Assembly (NCBI GenBank): GCA_045863235.1
Contig: BTUM01000016.1
Coordinates: forward strand, 32,001 to 96,000
DNA: 64,000 nt
Direction of reading: 5' to 3'
DNA from: Candidatus Xenobia bacterium
GTDB lineage: Bacteria; Vulcanimicrobiota; Xenobia; Xenobiales; QWHO01
Below, piece after piece: positions 48,912-57,565 of this stretch. The notes below the pieces were generated by a model that was not told the origin of the DNA, did no database searches, and saw only the letters and a program-made list of their open reading frames with translations. Position numbers and translations under genes: made by a program. Position 1 is the stretch's first letter, and the number at the start of each line of letters is the position of its first letter.

Positions 48912-50041
48912 CAAGCCGAGACCCGCTCGCCGATCCAGGCGGCCAGCTGGCCCGGCGTCATGGCGCCCACATGGGCGCCCACGTCCACCAGCCGGCCGGC
49001 CAGCTCCTTGTCATAGATCGGCTCGGCTCCCTCGTCCAGGGCGGCCAGCCCCAGCACCGTGGTACCCTGCTCGCACAGGCCTTTGACGGTGCGCACCAGG
49101 CGCTGGGCGTCTCCCCCCTCGAAGAAGTCGGTGATGAGCGCGATGATGGTGCGACGAGGGTTCTCCACCAGGCCGGCAGCAAAGTCCACCGCTTTGGCGA
49201 TGTCGGTGCCCCCGCCCAGCTGCACCCGCATCAACAGCTCGACCGGGTCGGTGCAGTCGGCTGTCAGATCCACCACCTCGGTGGAGAAGACCGCCAGGTG
49301 CGTCTTCAGCATCGGCACCGACCAGAAGCAGGCGGCCGTGATGGCCGAGTGGATCACCGAGCCCAGCATGCTGCCCGACTGATCCACCAGCAGGATCAGC
49401 TGCCAGGCGGCCCGGTGGCGACGGCTGCGCTGGAAGAAGTAGGCCTTCTCGAGGTAGAGCTTGCGCGTCTCGGGGTCGTAATGCTTGAGGTTGGCCCGCA
49501 CCGTGCGCTCGAGGTCGAGGTCGCGGGAGAACTTGAAGGGGGACGAGCGGGCGTTGCGACGCGGGCCCGAGAAGCTTTTTTGCACTTCGCGGGCCAGCTT
49601 CTCCATCAGCTCCTCGACCACTTTGCGCACCAGCTCGCGGGCCAGCTCGAGCACCTCGGGGTTCATCAGGTGGCGGGTCTTGAGCACCGCCTGCAGCAGC
49701 GTCTGGTTGGGCTGGACCCGCTTCAAGACCTCGGGATTGGTCACCACCTCGTCGATCTGGAAGCGCTCCACGGCGTCCTTCTCCAGCCGCTCGATCGTCT
49801 CGCGGGGAAACAGCGTGTGGACCTGGTTGATCCAGTCGGCCACCGAGAGCTGGGGCGCCTCCTGACCGCCCTTGCGCCCCGCCATGATGTCCCGCGACTT
49901 CAGGCCCGGGTCGCGGTTATAGAGCCAGGACAGAGCCGCATCGCAGGCCCCCTCCTCGCCCTGCAGGCAGCAACCGAGCTGGGGCTGGGAGGCCTCGCCC
50001 AGCACCAGGCGCCAGCGTACCAGGCCGTCCTCATAAGCCAT
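48911..50041 (-). CDS. VWA-domain protein (YehP-like)
   Basis: RWRLVLG, MIDAS DQSGSM, GGGTDI, ITDFFEGG. Confidence 0.9.
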   Translation of the reverse strand: MAYEDGLVRWRLVLGEASQPQLGCCLQGEEGACDAALSWLYNRDPGLKSRDIMAGRKGGQEAPQLSVADWINQVHTLFPRETIERLEKDAVERFQIDEVVTNPEVLKRVQPNQTLLQAVLKTRHLMNPEVLELARELVRKVVEELMEKLAREVQKSFSGPRRNARSSPFKFSRDLDLERTVRANLKHYDPETRKLYLEKAYFFQRSRRHRAAWQLILLVDQSGSMLGSVIHSAITAACFWSVPMLKTHLAVFSTEVVDLTADCTDPVELLMRVQLGGGTDIAKAVDFAAGLVENPRRTIIALITDFFEGGDAQRLVRTVKGLCEQGTTVLGLAALDEGAEPIYDKELAGRLVDVGAHVGAMTPGQLAAWIGERVSA

Positions 50042-52178
50042 AGCGCTCGATGGTCCTTTCCAACTCGGCGTCGAGCTGCATGCCGGCCGCCACCAGGGCG
50101 GGGTCCACCGCGTTGCGCAACAGCTCGAAGTTGGACTCCAGCCCGTAGAGCCGGGCCACGATGGCGGCCACGGCCTGGCGTTCGCGGGGAGGGAAGGCGG
50201 AAAAGGCCAGGCGCAGGCCCGGCAGGGCGCGCAGAAAGTCGGTTCGGTCCAGCCCCCTGAGCAGCTGATCGACCAGCCTGAGCAGACCCTCGGCCCGCTG
50301 CACCTCCTCGCGGGCCAGGGCAAAGAGGCCGGCCAGGAAGTCTCCCAGGGCCTCGGGGGGATGCAGGGCGCGCACGGCTTGCTCGGCCTCCTCCTCGCCG
50401 GGAACCAGCTCGAGCGACCAGAGGTAGCCCAGAGCGGCGCCCTGGCACACTCGGGGTGCGTCCTTGAGCCGCCTTCGCATGACCCCTTCAGCCAGCTCGC
50501 GCGCAAGCTCGAGCTCGCGGCCCAGCTTGTGCATGTCGCGCAGGGTGACCACCGCCTTGACGATGCCGGCGGTGGCGCCGTCCAGACCTTCGAAGAGCCA
50601 CAGCCCGCGGGCGAAACCGGCCTGGAGGATGACTGGAAAGTCGGGTCCCAACTTCTGACGGTAGAGCCCGAAGAGGGTGCTCAGGGCACCGCCCAGGAGC
50701 TCCAGGTCGACCTCTGCCCCCAGCGCCCGGGCCACCTCCTGCACCAGCTCCCGGCCCAGCTCGGTGAGGCCGGCCCTCACGGCCAGGGCCAGGCAGGCCG
50801 CCAGGCCGACCGCATCCGTCTCGCCCGAGAGGGCCTGGCGCAGCACCCCGATGGCCGCCTGCTCGAGGTCGGAGCCGTAGGCCGAGGCCTCCACCAGGGC
50901 CGCCTCCAGGTCGAGGCTCTCCTGCAGCACCCAGGTCTCCTCCACCAGCTCCTCTGCCTTCAGGTGAAAGCCCGGCAGCCGCAGCAGGGCCAGGCGGCGC
51001 AGAAAGTAGCTTCTCTCCGTGCCCACCTCGACCGTCACCTGGCGGGCCGGCCGGGTGGGCTTCAGCTCGAGCGCCTCCAGGGCGGCCAGCACCTCGTCCA
51101 CCAGCGGCGGACGGGGCGTGCCGCCGGCCAGCTTGCCCACCCGCTTGCCCGAGAAGGCTGCCACCAGCTCCACCAGCACCGGGTCGGTGCCCGCCCCGAG
51201 TGTCCCCCGCCGGCTCCAGGGCAGCTCGCTCTGCAGGGCCTCCTTGACCAGAGCGCCCACCAGGCCGTCCAGCAGATCGGTGCGCATCGGGAAGTCGTGA
51301 CCACGCAGCCGGGCCAGGCCGTGGGCCAGCGTGCTGGCCGCCACCAGGTCGGCTGAGGAGAGGGCCAGCTTCTTGTCGCGCAGGCGGTGGGTCACGTCGT
51401 GCAGGGCCCGGCGGGCGGCCTCGCCGGCCCCCGCCTCCCAGACGTGCTGGTAGTAGCCGGGCGAGGGCATACCGGCGTCGTAGCCCTGAAAACTGTCCAG
51501 CCGGTGGAAGCTGAAAGGCACCAGATAGCTGCCGGTATCGCTGGCCGGCTCGAGCTCGGGCCACTCGGATCGGGGAAGGGCCTCTTCCAAGAAGGGCGCG
51601 TGGTAGCCTCCGCACACGGCCACCACGCGGTCTTCATAGGTATGCCGGGCCCAGCCCAGGCAGGCGGCCATGTAGGCCTCGCGCTCGGCATCCTCGGGGC
51701 TGACGCTGGTGCGAATGGTTTGAAAATAGCGCCGGAGGCGGTCTTCCAGGTCGTCTCCAGGATGTTCGAAGAGGTGGTCCCAGAGGCTGTCCGGGTCGTC
51801 GAAGCCCAGCTCGCGAGCCAGCTCGTCCTGGCCGGGCTCGCGTCGGTCGGCGTAACGGTTGGTGCGCTCGCGCATGGATTTGTGCCAGGCCGGCAGGTCC
51901 ATGAAGCGCACATCGGCCCCCAGCTCGCGTCCCACCGTCAGGGCCACCCACTCGGGCGAGTAGGCGCAGAACGGCGTCCAGGCAGCGCACTCGCCCTTCT
52001 GGAAGCTGAACACGGCCAGGGGTAGTTGGTGGCCCAGGTGCAGCTCGTCCAGGCGGCCGTTGAAGTCGGACGGCCCTTCGATCAGCACGCAGGCCGGTCT
52101 GACCGCGCGCAGCACCCGCTCGACCAGACGGGCGCAGGCGGGGCTGTGATGGCGGATACCGAGGACCCTGGTCGCCAT
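50031..52178 (-). CDS. DUF5682 family protein (YehM-like)
   Basis: GIRHHSPACA, LIEGP.D, SPEWVA, RE.YMA, CGGYH, GY.AGMPSP. Confidence 0.88.
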   Translation of the reverse strand: MATRVLGIRHHSPACARLVERVLRAVRPACVLIEGPSDFNGRLDELHLGHQLPLAVFSFQKGECAAWTPFCAYSPEWVALTVGRELGADVRFMDLPAWHKSMRERTNRYADRREPGQDELARELGFDDPDSLWDHLFEHPGDDLEDRLRRYFQTIRTSVSPEDAEREAYMAACLGWARHTYEDRVVAVCGGYHAPFLEEALPRSEWPELEPASDTGSYLVPFSFHRLDSFQGYDAGMPSPGYYQHVWEAGAGEAARRALHDVTHRLRDKKLALSSADLVAASTLAHGLARLRGHDFPMRTDLLDGLVGALVKEALQSELPWSRRGTLGAGTDPVLVELVAAFSGKRVGKLAGGTPRPPLVDEVLAALEALELKPTRPARQVTVEVGTERSYFLRRLALLRLPGFHLKAEELVEETWVLQESLDLEAALVEASAYGSDLEQAAIGVLRQALSGETDAVGLAACLALAVRAGLTELGRELVQEVARALGAEVDLELLGGALSTLFGLYRQKLGPDFPVILQAGFARGLWLFEGLDGATAGIVKAVVTLRDMHKLGRELELARELAEGVMRRRLKDAPRVCQGAALGYLWSLELVPGEEEAEQAVRALHPPEALGDFLAGLFALAREEVQRAEGLLRLVDQLLRGLDRTDFLRALPGLRLAFSAFPPRERQAVAAIVARLYGLESNFELLRNAVDPALVAAGMQLDAELERTIERYGL

Positions 52179-52190
52179 CGTGGCGCCTAG

Positions 52191-52310
52191 AGGCCCGGCC
52201 GGAAAGGCCGGGCCGATCTACATCTTGTGGCTAGGAGCCGGCCGCCTACACAACATCTTGTGGAGACGGAGGTTTCCTCCGACTCCACAAGGGGGTTTGC
52301 GGCCGGACTC
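52191..52310. mobile_element. MITE/REP-like 120-bp element flanked by CTAG
   Basis: CTAG at 52187-52190 and 52311-52314; imperfect terminal IRs AGGCCCGGCCGGAAA / GAGTCCGGCCGCAAA (rc); two internal hairpins. Confidence 0.55.
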
Positions 52311-54350
52311 CTAGTCGCCATCCCGGGGCCGGAACCAGAAGCTCAAGGCGTAGAGAGCCAGCGCGGTGAGATAGAGCGAGCGAAGTCCGAAAGCCATGGA
52401 GGTGTATTCCAGAGCGCCCCCGACCATCGCCCCCAGCATGTTGCAGGCCAGCGCGCTGGTGGCTCGTTTGGTCCTGGAGAAGGAGACGCCGAAGATGATG
52501 GCCGCGAACAACAGGGGCACCGAGATACCGGCCACCGCCCCCATCTTGGCGAGCACCGAGGCGCCCACGCTCAGCTCGCGCAGGGGCACCAGGTAGAGCA
52601 GCACCACCACCCCCAGCAAGAGGGCGTAGGGCAGCTCCAGAGCGGGTTTCTTCTCGCGCCCGAGCAGCCACACGTTGGCCAGGAAGATCATGGTCAGAAT
52701 GCTGGCGATCACGATGGAGTTGACGATCCAGGTGGAGCCGAACATCAGCCCCAGCTCGGTGATGCTCTTGGTCTCGATGAGCATGAAACCGGCCCCCAGG
52801 AAGAACATCTGGGGCTGGAACTGAAAGCCCGTGCCGCGCACCGTGGTGGAGATGAGCAGGGTGGAGATGAGCAGCAGAATGCCCAGCGCGATCAGATATT
52901 CCTTGGGGATGGTCTTGTTGTTGAGATAAAGCTGGGGCCAGTCGTCGGTGGCCTGGATCAGGGCTCCGGGCATGTTGGCTCGGGCATTCTCGACGTTGAC
53001 GTTGAGGCGCACCTCGCCCTCGACGTTGACCTGCTGGGTGATGGGAGCTTCCTGGCAGATGTACTGCGAGTACTGCTGGTTATAGATGAAGAAGGCAGGG
53101 TCCTTGCCAAACACGTCGCGCAGGGTGACGAAGAGACGAATGGGCACGAACTCACCCATGTAGCCCACGTTCACGTACATCACGCCGTCCTTGGCCAAAA
53201 GCCTGCGTGCCTCTTCGAAAGACTGGCGGGTGTAGACGTAGTTCTCGATCTTGATGCTGGACATCTGTGAGAACAACCCGTGCGAGTCGAGCGTGCCGAA
53301 GATGATCAGGTCGTACTTCTCGGTGGCCCGGCGCAGATAGGAGCGAGCGTCGTCGTTGATGAGATGCACCCGCGAGTCCAGATAGGCCTTCATGGGGTGC
53401 CGCTCGCGCCCGAGGCGGGCCACAATGGGATCGATCTCGACCGCGTCCACCTGCTCGGCGCCCTGCAGCAGAGCCATGGCCACGTCGTTGCCCATGCCGC
53501 CACCCAGGATGAGCACTTTCTTGGGGTGGGGCTTGAAGATGTAAGGGAAAGCATAGAATCGACGGAAGAACTCGCTCCCCTTCTCGGGCGAGAGGTCCAG
53601 GCCGGTCAACAGGCAGCTGTTGCCGATCTGGATGTAGACGTTGCCGTTGGGCTCGGTGTGAAAGCGGATGTTGTAGTAGGGAGACCAGTACTTCTCGTAG
53701 TTCTTGCTCTTCTCCAGGTGGCCCTCGAAACCGTAGAGCCCCATTCCAAGGAAGACGGCAAAGAGGACAAAGGCTGCCTTGCGGTGGGTGAAGGGCAGCA
53801 AGAGGAGCATCCCCACGGTGACCCACACGGCCGGGCCGGTGCAGAGGAACGAGAGGATGGAAAAGCCCGCGATCCCGAGCAGGCTGGCCAGGATGTTGAC
53901 GGTGTAGGCATAAAGCGGCGGAAACTTGTCGAAGTAGCGCTGCAACAGCTGTCCGAGCGGCACGAACGTCATGGCCACCAGGGTGGTGAACAGGGCCAGC
54001 GTGAGGTACATGTCGATGTGGCCTTCGCGGTTACCGATGTACGCATCGTCATTGAAAAAGACCCCCTCGTTGGGAGGCCGCACCTCGATCTCGAACTTGA
54101 GGAAGACCGCGAAAAGAGCCATCTGCACCAGGCAGAACAGCACGAAGCGCGTCAGCAGCGCGTCGTCGGTGTCGCGCTCCTTGAGCGGGCGGGCCAGGCC
54201 GATGCCCAGGCCCAGAAAACACGAGAGCAGAACGAAGTTCGAGAAGAACCCGAAGAAATGAATCGCGTCCGGCAGCCAGCGGATGAAGAGTAGCTCGAAG
54301 AACAGTACCAGAAAGCTGGCTAGAAACAGCTTGATTTTGTGGTCACGCAT
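52311..54350 (-). CDS. Polytopic membrane protein with spermidine-synthase-like SAM domain
   Basis: TM bundles either side of VLILGGGMGNDV...VEIDP...DDAR; ATDDWP; FFLGAGFMLIET. Confidence 0.85.
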   Translation of the reverse strand: MRDHKIKLFLASFLVLFFELLFIRWLPDAIHFFGFFSNFVLLSCFLGLGIGLARPLKERDTDDALLTRFVLFCLVQMALFAVFLKFEIEVRPPNEGVFFNDDAYIGNREGHIDMYLTLALFTTLVAMTFVPLGQLLQRYFDKFPPLYAYTVNILASLLGIAGFSILSFLCTGPAVWVTVGMLLLLPFTHRKAAFVLFAVFLGMGLYGFEGHLEKSKNYEKYWSPYYNIRFHTEPNGNVYIQIGNSCLLTGLDLSPEKGSEFFRRFYAFPYIFKPHPKKVLILGGGMGNDVAMALLQGAEQVDAVEIDPIVARLGRERHPMKAYLDSRVHLINDDARSYLRRATEKYDLIIFGTLDSHGLFSQMSSIKIENYVYTRQSFEEARRLLAKDGVMYVNVGYMGEFVPIRLFVTLRDVFGKDPAFFIYNQQYSQYICQEAPITQQVNVEGEVRLNVNVENARANMPGALIQATDDWPQLYLNNKTIPKEYLIALGILLLISTLLISTTVRGTGFQFQPQMFFLGAGFMLIETKSITELGLMFGSTWIVNSIVIASILTMIFLANVWLLGREKKPALELPYALLLGVVVLLYLVPLRELSVGASVLAKMGAVAGISVPLLFAAIIFGVSFSRTKRATSALACNMLGAMVGGALEYTSMAFGLRSLYLTALALYALSFWFRPRDGD

Positions 54351-54386
54351 CCCGGGATGCCTTCCTCGGGGGCCGGTCCAGCCCTG

Positions 54387-54462
54387 CTAGAGGTCGTACC
54401 GCAAACCCCTTGTGGGGAGGGAACCTCCGCCACCACAAGATGTTGTAGGCGGCCCGACTTCT
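54387..54462. repeat. Second, partial and inverted copy of the 52.2-kb element
   Basis: Reverse complement aligns with ~52232-52314 (GGCCGCCTA..CAACATCTTGTGG..CGGAGGTT.CCTCC..CCACAAGGGG.TTTGCGG..CTAG). Confidence 0.75.
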
Positions 54463-54628
54463 CTGGATTATGCTTCACAGCCAACTGCGCGCGACTGAAG
54501 GGGGAAACGGTCGGAATCGCCAAAGGAGTTCGCCACGCCTTCGGGCAGACGGGGGGTGCTCAGTGAAAATCTTCTTCATCCCGGGCGGGGCTCCAGGAGC
54601 GCTGACGCTCTGAGATCAGGGCGCGGGG

Positions 54629-55468
54629 TCAGCCACCCCGCCGCTTGAGCACCACGCCTCCCACCGCCACACCGCGACCGAGCTGGCCGATCGAGCTGCC
54701 CTGGGGCTCATGCTGCTCTTTCAGGGCCAGCACCTCCTGGAGCGAGCGCATCGCCCCCCCTGCAATCATGGTGTTGAGCTGGTTGCCCCCTTCGTGCTCT
54801 TCCCAGAAATTGTAGTTCGAGAACCCTTTGGTGAGGAAGTCGAGGCTCTTGCGGGTGCAGTCGAGCTGCTGCTCGGGGTCAAAGCGCGCCACCAGGTTGG
54901 CCAGTGCCCGGACGTGGGCGAAGCCAGGCTGCTCGGGGTGCCACTGGTCCGACTCCACCGAGGCGGCCATGGTCCGACCCAGCTGTACCAGCTGGCTGGG
55001 GGCGAGGTCCTGGTCCAGAGCCTCCATGGCCAGGTCCACCGGACGACCGGCGCAGTAACGGGCCTGGGTCTGCTCGCGGCTCTGGCGCACCAGGCAGGGC
55101 CCCTCGGTCTGGGGCAATTGCGACTCATCGCCCAGGATCGCCAGGGCCAGAGAAGCCACCGGTCGGTCCTGCAGGGCACCAAACAGAAGGTTGGCCGCCT
55201 GCAGGCGAAGCTCCGGCTCGTGGGCGGGGATCTGCCTCACCAACTCGCGCCCCCGCGTCAGCATGGCCTCGCCCGACATGGTCTTCAGTTCTTCCACCGC
55301 CGCCAGGTTGCGGGCTCGTTCGGCCCGCTGGGCAGCGATGTAGGCCTGCGCCTCGGCCAGCGCCTTGTCGTAGTCCGACTGCCCGGACCGGTAGGAATCG
55401 CCCGAGGAGCTGGCCCGGGCGGGCAGACTGAGCTGGTTGTGAGTGAAGACATGGGCGCCGATCCGCAT
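54629..55468 (-). CDS. Hypothetical helical protein with C-terminal GGV tail
   Basis: 279-aa ORF; tail SSIGQLGRGVAVGGVVLKRR. Confidence 0.75.
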   Translation of the reverse strand: MRIGAHVFTHNQLSLPARASSSGDSYRSGQSDYDKALAEAQAYIAAQRAERARNLAAVEELKTMSGEAMLTRGRELVRQIPAHEPELRLQAANLLFGALQDRPVASLALAILGDESQLPQTEGPCLVRQSREQTQARYCAGRPVDLAMEALDQDLAPSQLVQLGRTMAASVESDQWHPEQPGFAHVRALANLVARFDPEQQLDCTRKSLDFLTKGFSNYNFWEEHEGGNQLNTMIAGGAMRSLQEVLALKEQHEPQGSSIGQLGRGVAVGGVVLKRRGG

Positions 55469-55506
55469 GACTTGTGCTTAGCAGTGGACCCTGAAAGAAA
55501 GCTGAT
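55469..55506 (-). promoter_or_regulatory. TTCAG direct-repeat leaderless promoter
   Basis: ATCAG-CTTTCT-TTCAG, 10 nt, TAAGCA (weak -10), 6 nt, ATG. Confidence 0.6.
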
Positions 55507-55515
55507 CGGCTGTTC

Positions 55516-55583
55516 TGAAATGGGGCGCCCATTCAGGGCGGGTCCGTGTCCTGAATAGGGCGCCCCATTCGGGCGCGTCCGTG
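55516..55583. repeat. Tandem palindromic ~33-bp units forming a long hairpin
   Basis: AATGGGGCGCCCATTCAGG pairs with CCTGAATAGGGCGCCCCATT; both units end GGGCG.GTCCGTG. Confidence 0.6.
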
Positions 55584-55602
55584 GGCTTGCCTGAAGCCAG
55601 AC

Positions 55603-57429
55603 CTACCGACGGTAGCGGGCTACGAACTCCTCGGCGGCGGCGCGGTCGGGGAGCACGATCACTCCCACGTCGTCGAACCGTGCTGCCGAGTCGGTGGGCG
55701 AGGTGCTTCCGCTGGCCTGGTTGAGGAAGACGCGGATCCGCGTGGTCGAGGGCTTGAGGTCGTAGATCCCCCAGACCGGCACGACCTGGTCCCGGGCGGT
55801 CGCGGCCGAGCGCATGCTGTCGCCCTGGAGGTAGTCGCTGATCTGCTCTTCGCTCTCCATCAGGTAGCCGTAGAGGTAGGGCAGCCCGGTGATGTCGCCG
55901 TCCGGGTTGACGCGCTCGGAGGAGACCCGGGCCACCAGCACCACCACCCCGCTGCGCAGCGTGGGCGGCAGCACCACGTCTTGCCAGAACGAGCCCCCGT
56001 GACGGACCGTGAAGCGTCCCTCCTCCACGCTGGCCTCCCCATCCTTACGCCAACGGGCGGCGCCCTGGTTGGCCTTCGGGTTGCGCAGCAGGTTGCGCTG
56101 GCCAAGGATCTGCCCTTCCTCCGGGTCCACCGTGGCCGCCGGCGCCGCGGTTACGGCCTCAGGGCGGGGGGCCACCGGGGTGGCTCCGGGGCGCCAGACG
56201 ATCACGCTGCGGTCCTCCGAGCCCGAGATCAGGGCCTGCCCCGCCAGGGTCAGCGAACGGACGCCGTCGCGGTGACCCTTCAGCTGACCGGCGCGGCCCC
56301 CCCGGGAAACGGACCAGAGGTAGATGTCCCCGTTGTTGCCCGCCGTCGCCAGCGTGTCGCCGTCGGAAAGGAAGCAGACATCCCACATCGCCACGTCGCT
56401 CACGTAGTTGTTGAGCAGCTCCTTGCCACTGCTCGAGTCGAGCACCACCACGCTGGTGTCCAGCATGGCCACGGCCAGCTTCGAGCCGTCGCCGCTGAAG
56501 GCCACGCCCCCGGCGTCACACTCGGCCGAGACCTTCTTGAGCCGAATCTTCCGTTTGGACCAGTCGGAGGTGCTCCAGAGGACAACTTCGTTGCCGCGGC
56601 CGGCGCCGGCCAGGTAGCGTCCGGTCGGGTCGAAGGCCAGCTGGCGCACCCAGACCTCTCCCAGATCGCGACCGTTCACCACGACCGGCTGGTCGAAGCT
56701 GGTCGTGGCCAGCAGCTTGCCATCGGGGCTGAGGGCCAGGCACTCCCCTCGAGCGTCGACCGGGGCTCCGGTCCCGAGGGTCCCCTCGCTCAGGGGAAGG
56801 GCGTTGACGCTGTCCTTGTCGGCCACCAGCACGCGGGACTCGCTCTCAAAGCTCCAGTCCTCCTTCTCGAGCTTCCAGTGGCCGCTCTCCAAGAGCATGG
56901 TCGCCTGGCCCTTGCCGCGAACAGCGTCGTCGACCACGAGGCCGGTTGGGCGGCTCGGGAGAGTGCTCTGACTCACCTGATGGCCGGTTTCCAGAGACCA
57001 GACGCGGACGCTGTAGTCCCCGTTGCTGGAGGTCACCAGGAACCGGCCGTCGCTGGTGCAGGCGAGTTGATCGACCGCATCCTGGTGGCCCTTCAGAACC
57101 TGGGCCGGGGCCAGATTCTCCATCGCCTTCGTGGCCTTCGCCGGCTCGGGAGGGATGGAGAGCTCGAGGATGGCGCGAGCGCCATCCACCTTCACCTGCT
57201 CGATCTTGACGCTGGGCGGAAGCATCTTCCTGATCAGCTCGAGCTTCTTCGGATCCTTCAGCTCTTGAGCATGCTTTCCGGTGAGCCTCTGCTGGATCGC
57301 CTGGGCGTCACCGGAGCGCAAGGCGTCCTGGTAGGCCTGGTAGCTCTGCATGGCCTCCCGGCTCGGGCTCGCGCAGCCCGACATCACCAGGAAACCGACG
57401 GCGAGACACAATCTGCGTGTGCTGTGCAT
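55603..57429 (-). CDS. WD40-repeat lipoprotein with NTF2-like N-domain and jelly-roll-like C-domain
   Basis: Lipobox MSGC; LKGH...VRVW and LKGH...SEDRSVIVW; C-terminal NLLRNP..N.G...W...FDDV. Confidence 0.8.
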   Translation of the reverse strand: MHSTRRLCLAVGFLVMSGCASPSREAMQSYQAYQDALRSGDAQAIQQRLTGKHAQELKDPKKLELIRKMLPPSVKIEQVKVDGARAILELSIPPEPAKATKAMENLAPAQVLKGHQDAVDQLACTSDGRFLVTSSNGDYSVRVWSLETGHQVSQSTLPSRPTGLVVDDAVRGKGQATMLLESGHWKLEKEDWSFESESRVLVADKDSVNALPLSEGTLGTGAPVDARGECLALSPDGKLLATTSFDQPVVVNGRDLGEVWVRQLAFDPTGRYLAGAGRGNEVVLWSTSDWSKRKIRLKKVSAECDAGGVAFSGDGSKLAVAMLDTSVVVLDSSSGKELLNNYVSDVAMWDVCFLSDGDTLATAGNNGDIYLWSVSRGGRAGQLKGHRDGVRSLTLAGQALISGSEDRSVIVWRPGATPVAPRPEAVTAAPAATVDPEEGQILGQRNLLRNPKANQGAARWRKDGEASVEEGRFTVRHGGSFWQDVVLPPTLRSGVVVLVARVSSERVNPDGDITGLPYLYGYLMESEEQISDYLQGDSMRSAATARDQVVPVWGIYDLKPSTTRIRVFLNQASGSTSPTDSAARFDDVGVIVLPDRAAAEEFVARYRR

Positions 57430-57565
57430 TGTTTCCCCCTTCTGTTTGTTGCTGCAAGGATCATACGATAGAGCAGCGTCCGCCTGGCACATTCAGGCGA
57501 GCGGGGTTGAGTGCCGCCTGGGAAGCGGGGCGAGGGAGATTACCAGGCAGATCAATTGATCTAAT

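Noticed and set aside
52217..52263. Tandem NrdR-box-like sequences (ACATCTTGTGG twice, 33 nt apart)
   Set aside because: No ribonucleotide reductase gene nearby and the sequence is part of a repeated hairpin element
52191..54462. Composite transposon carrying the spermidine-synthase-like gene
   Set aside because: No transposase, second copy lacks a visible far end, no outer target duplication
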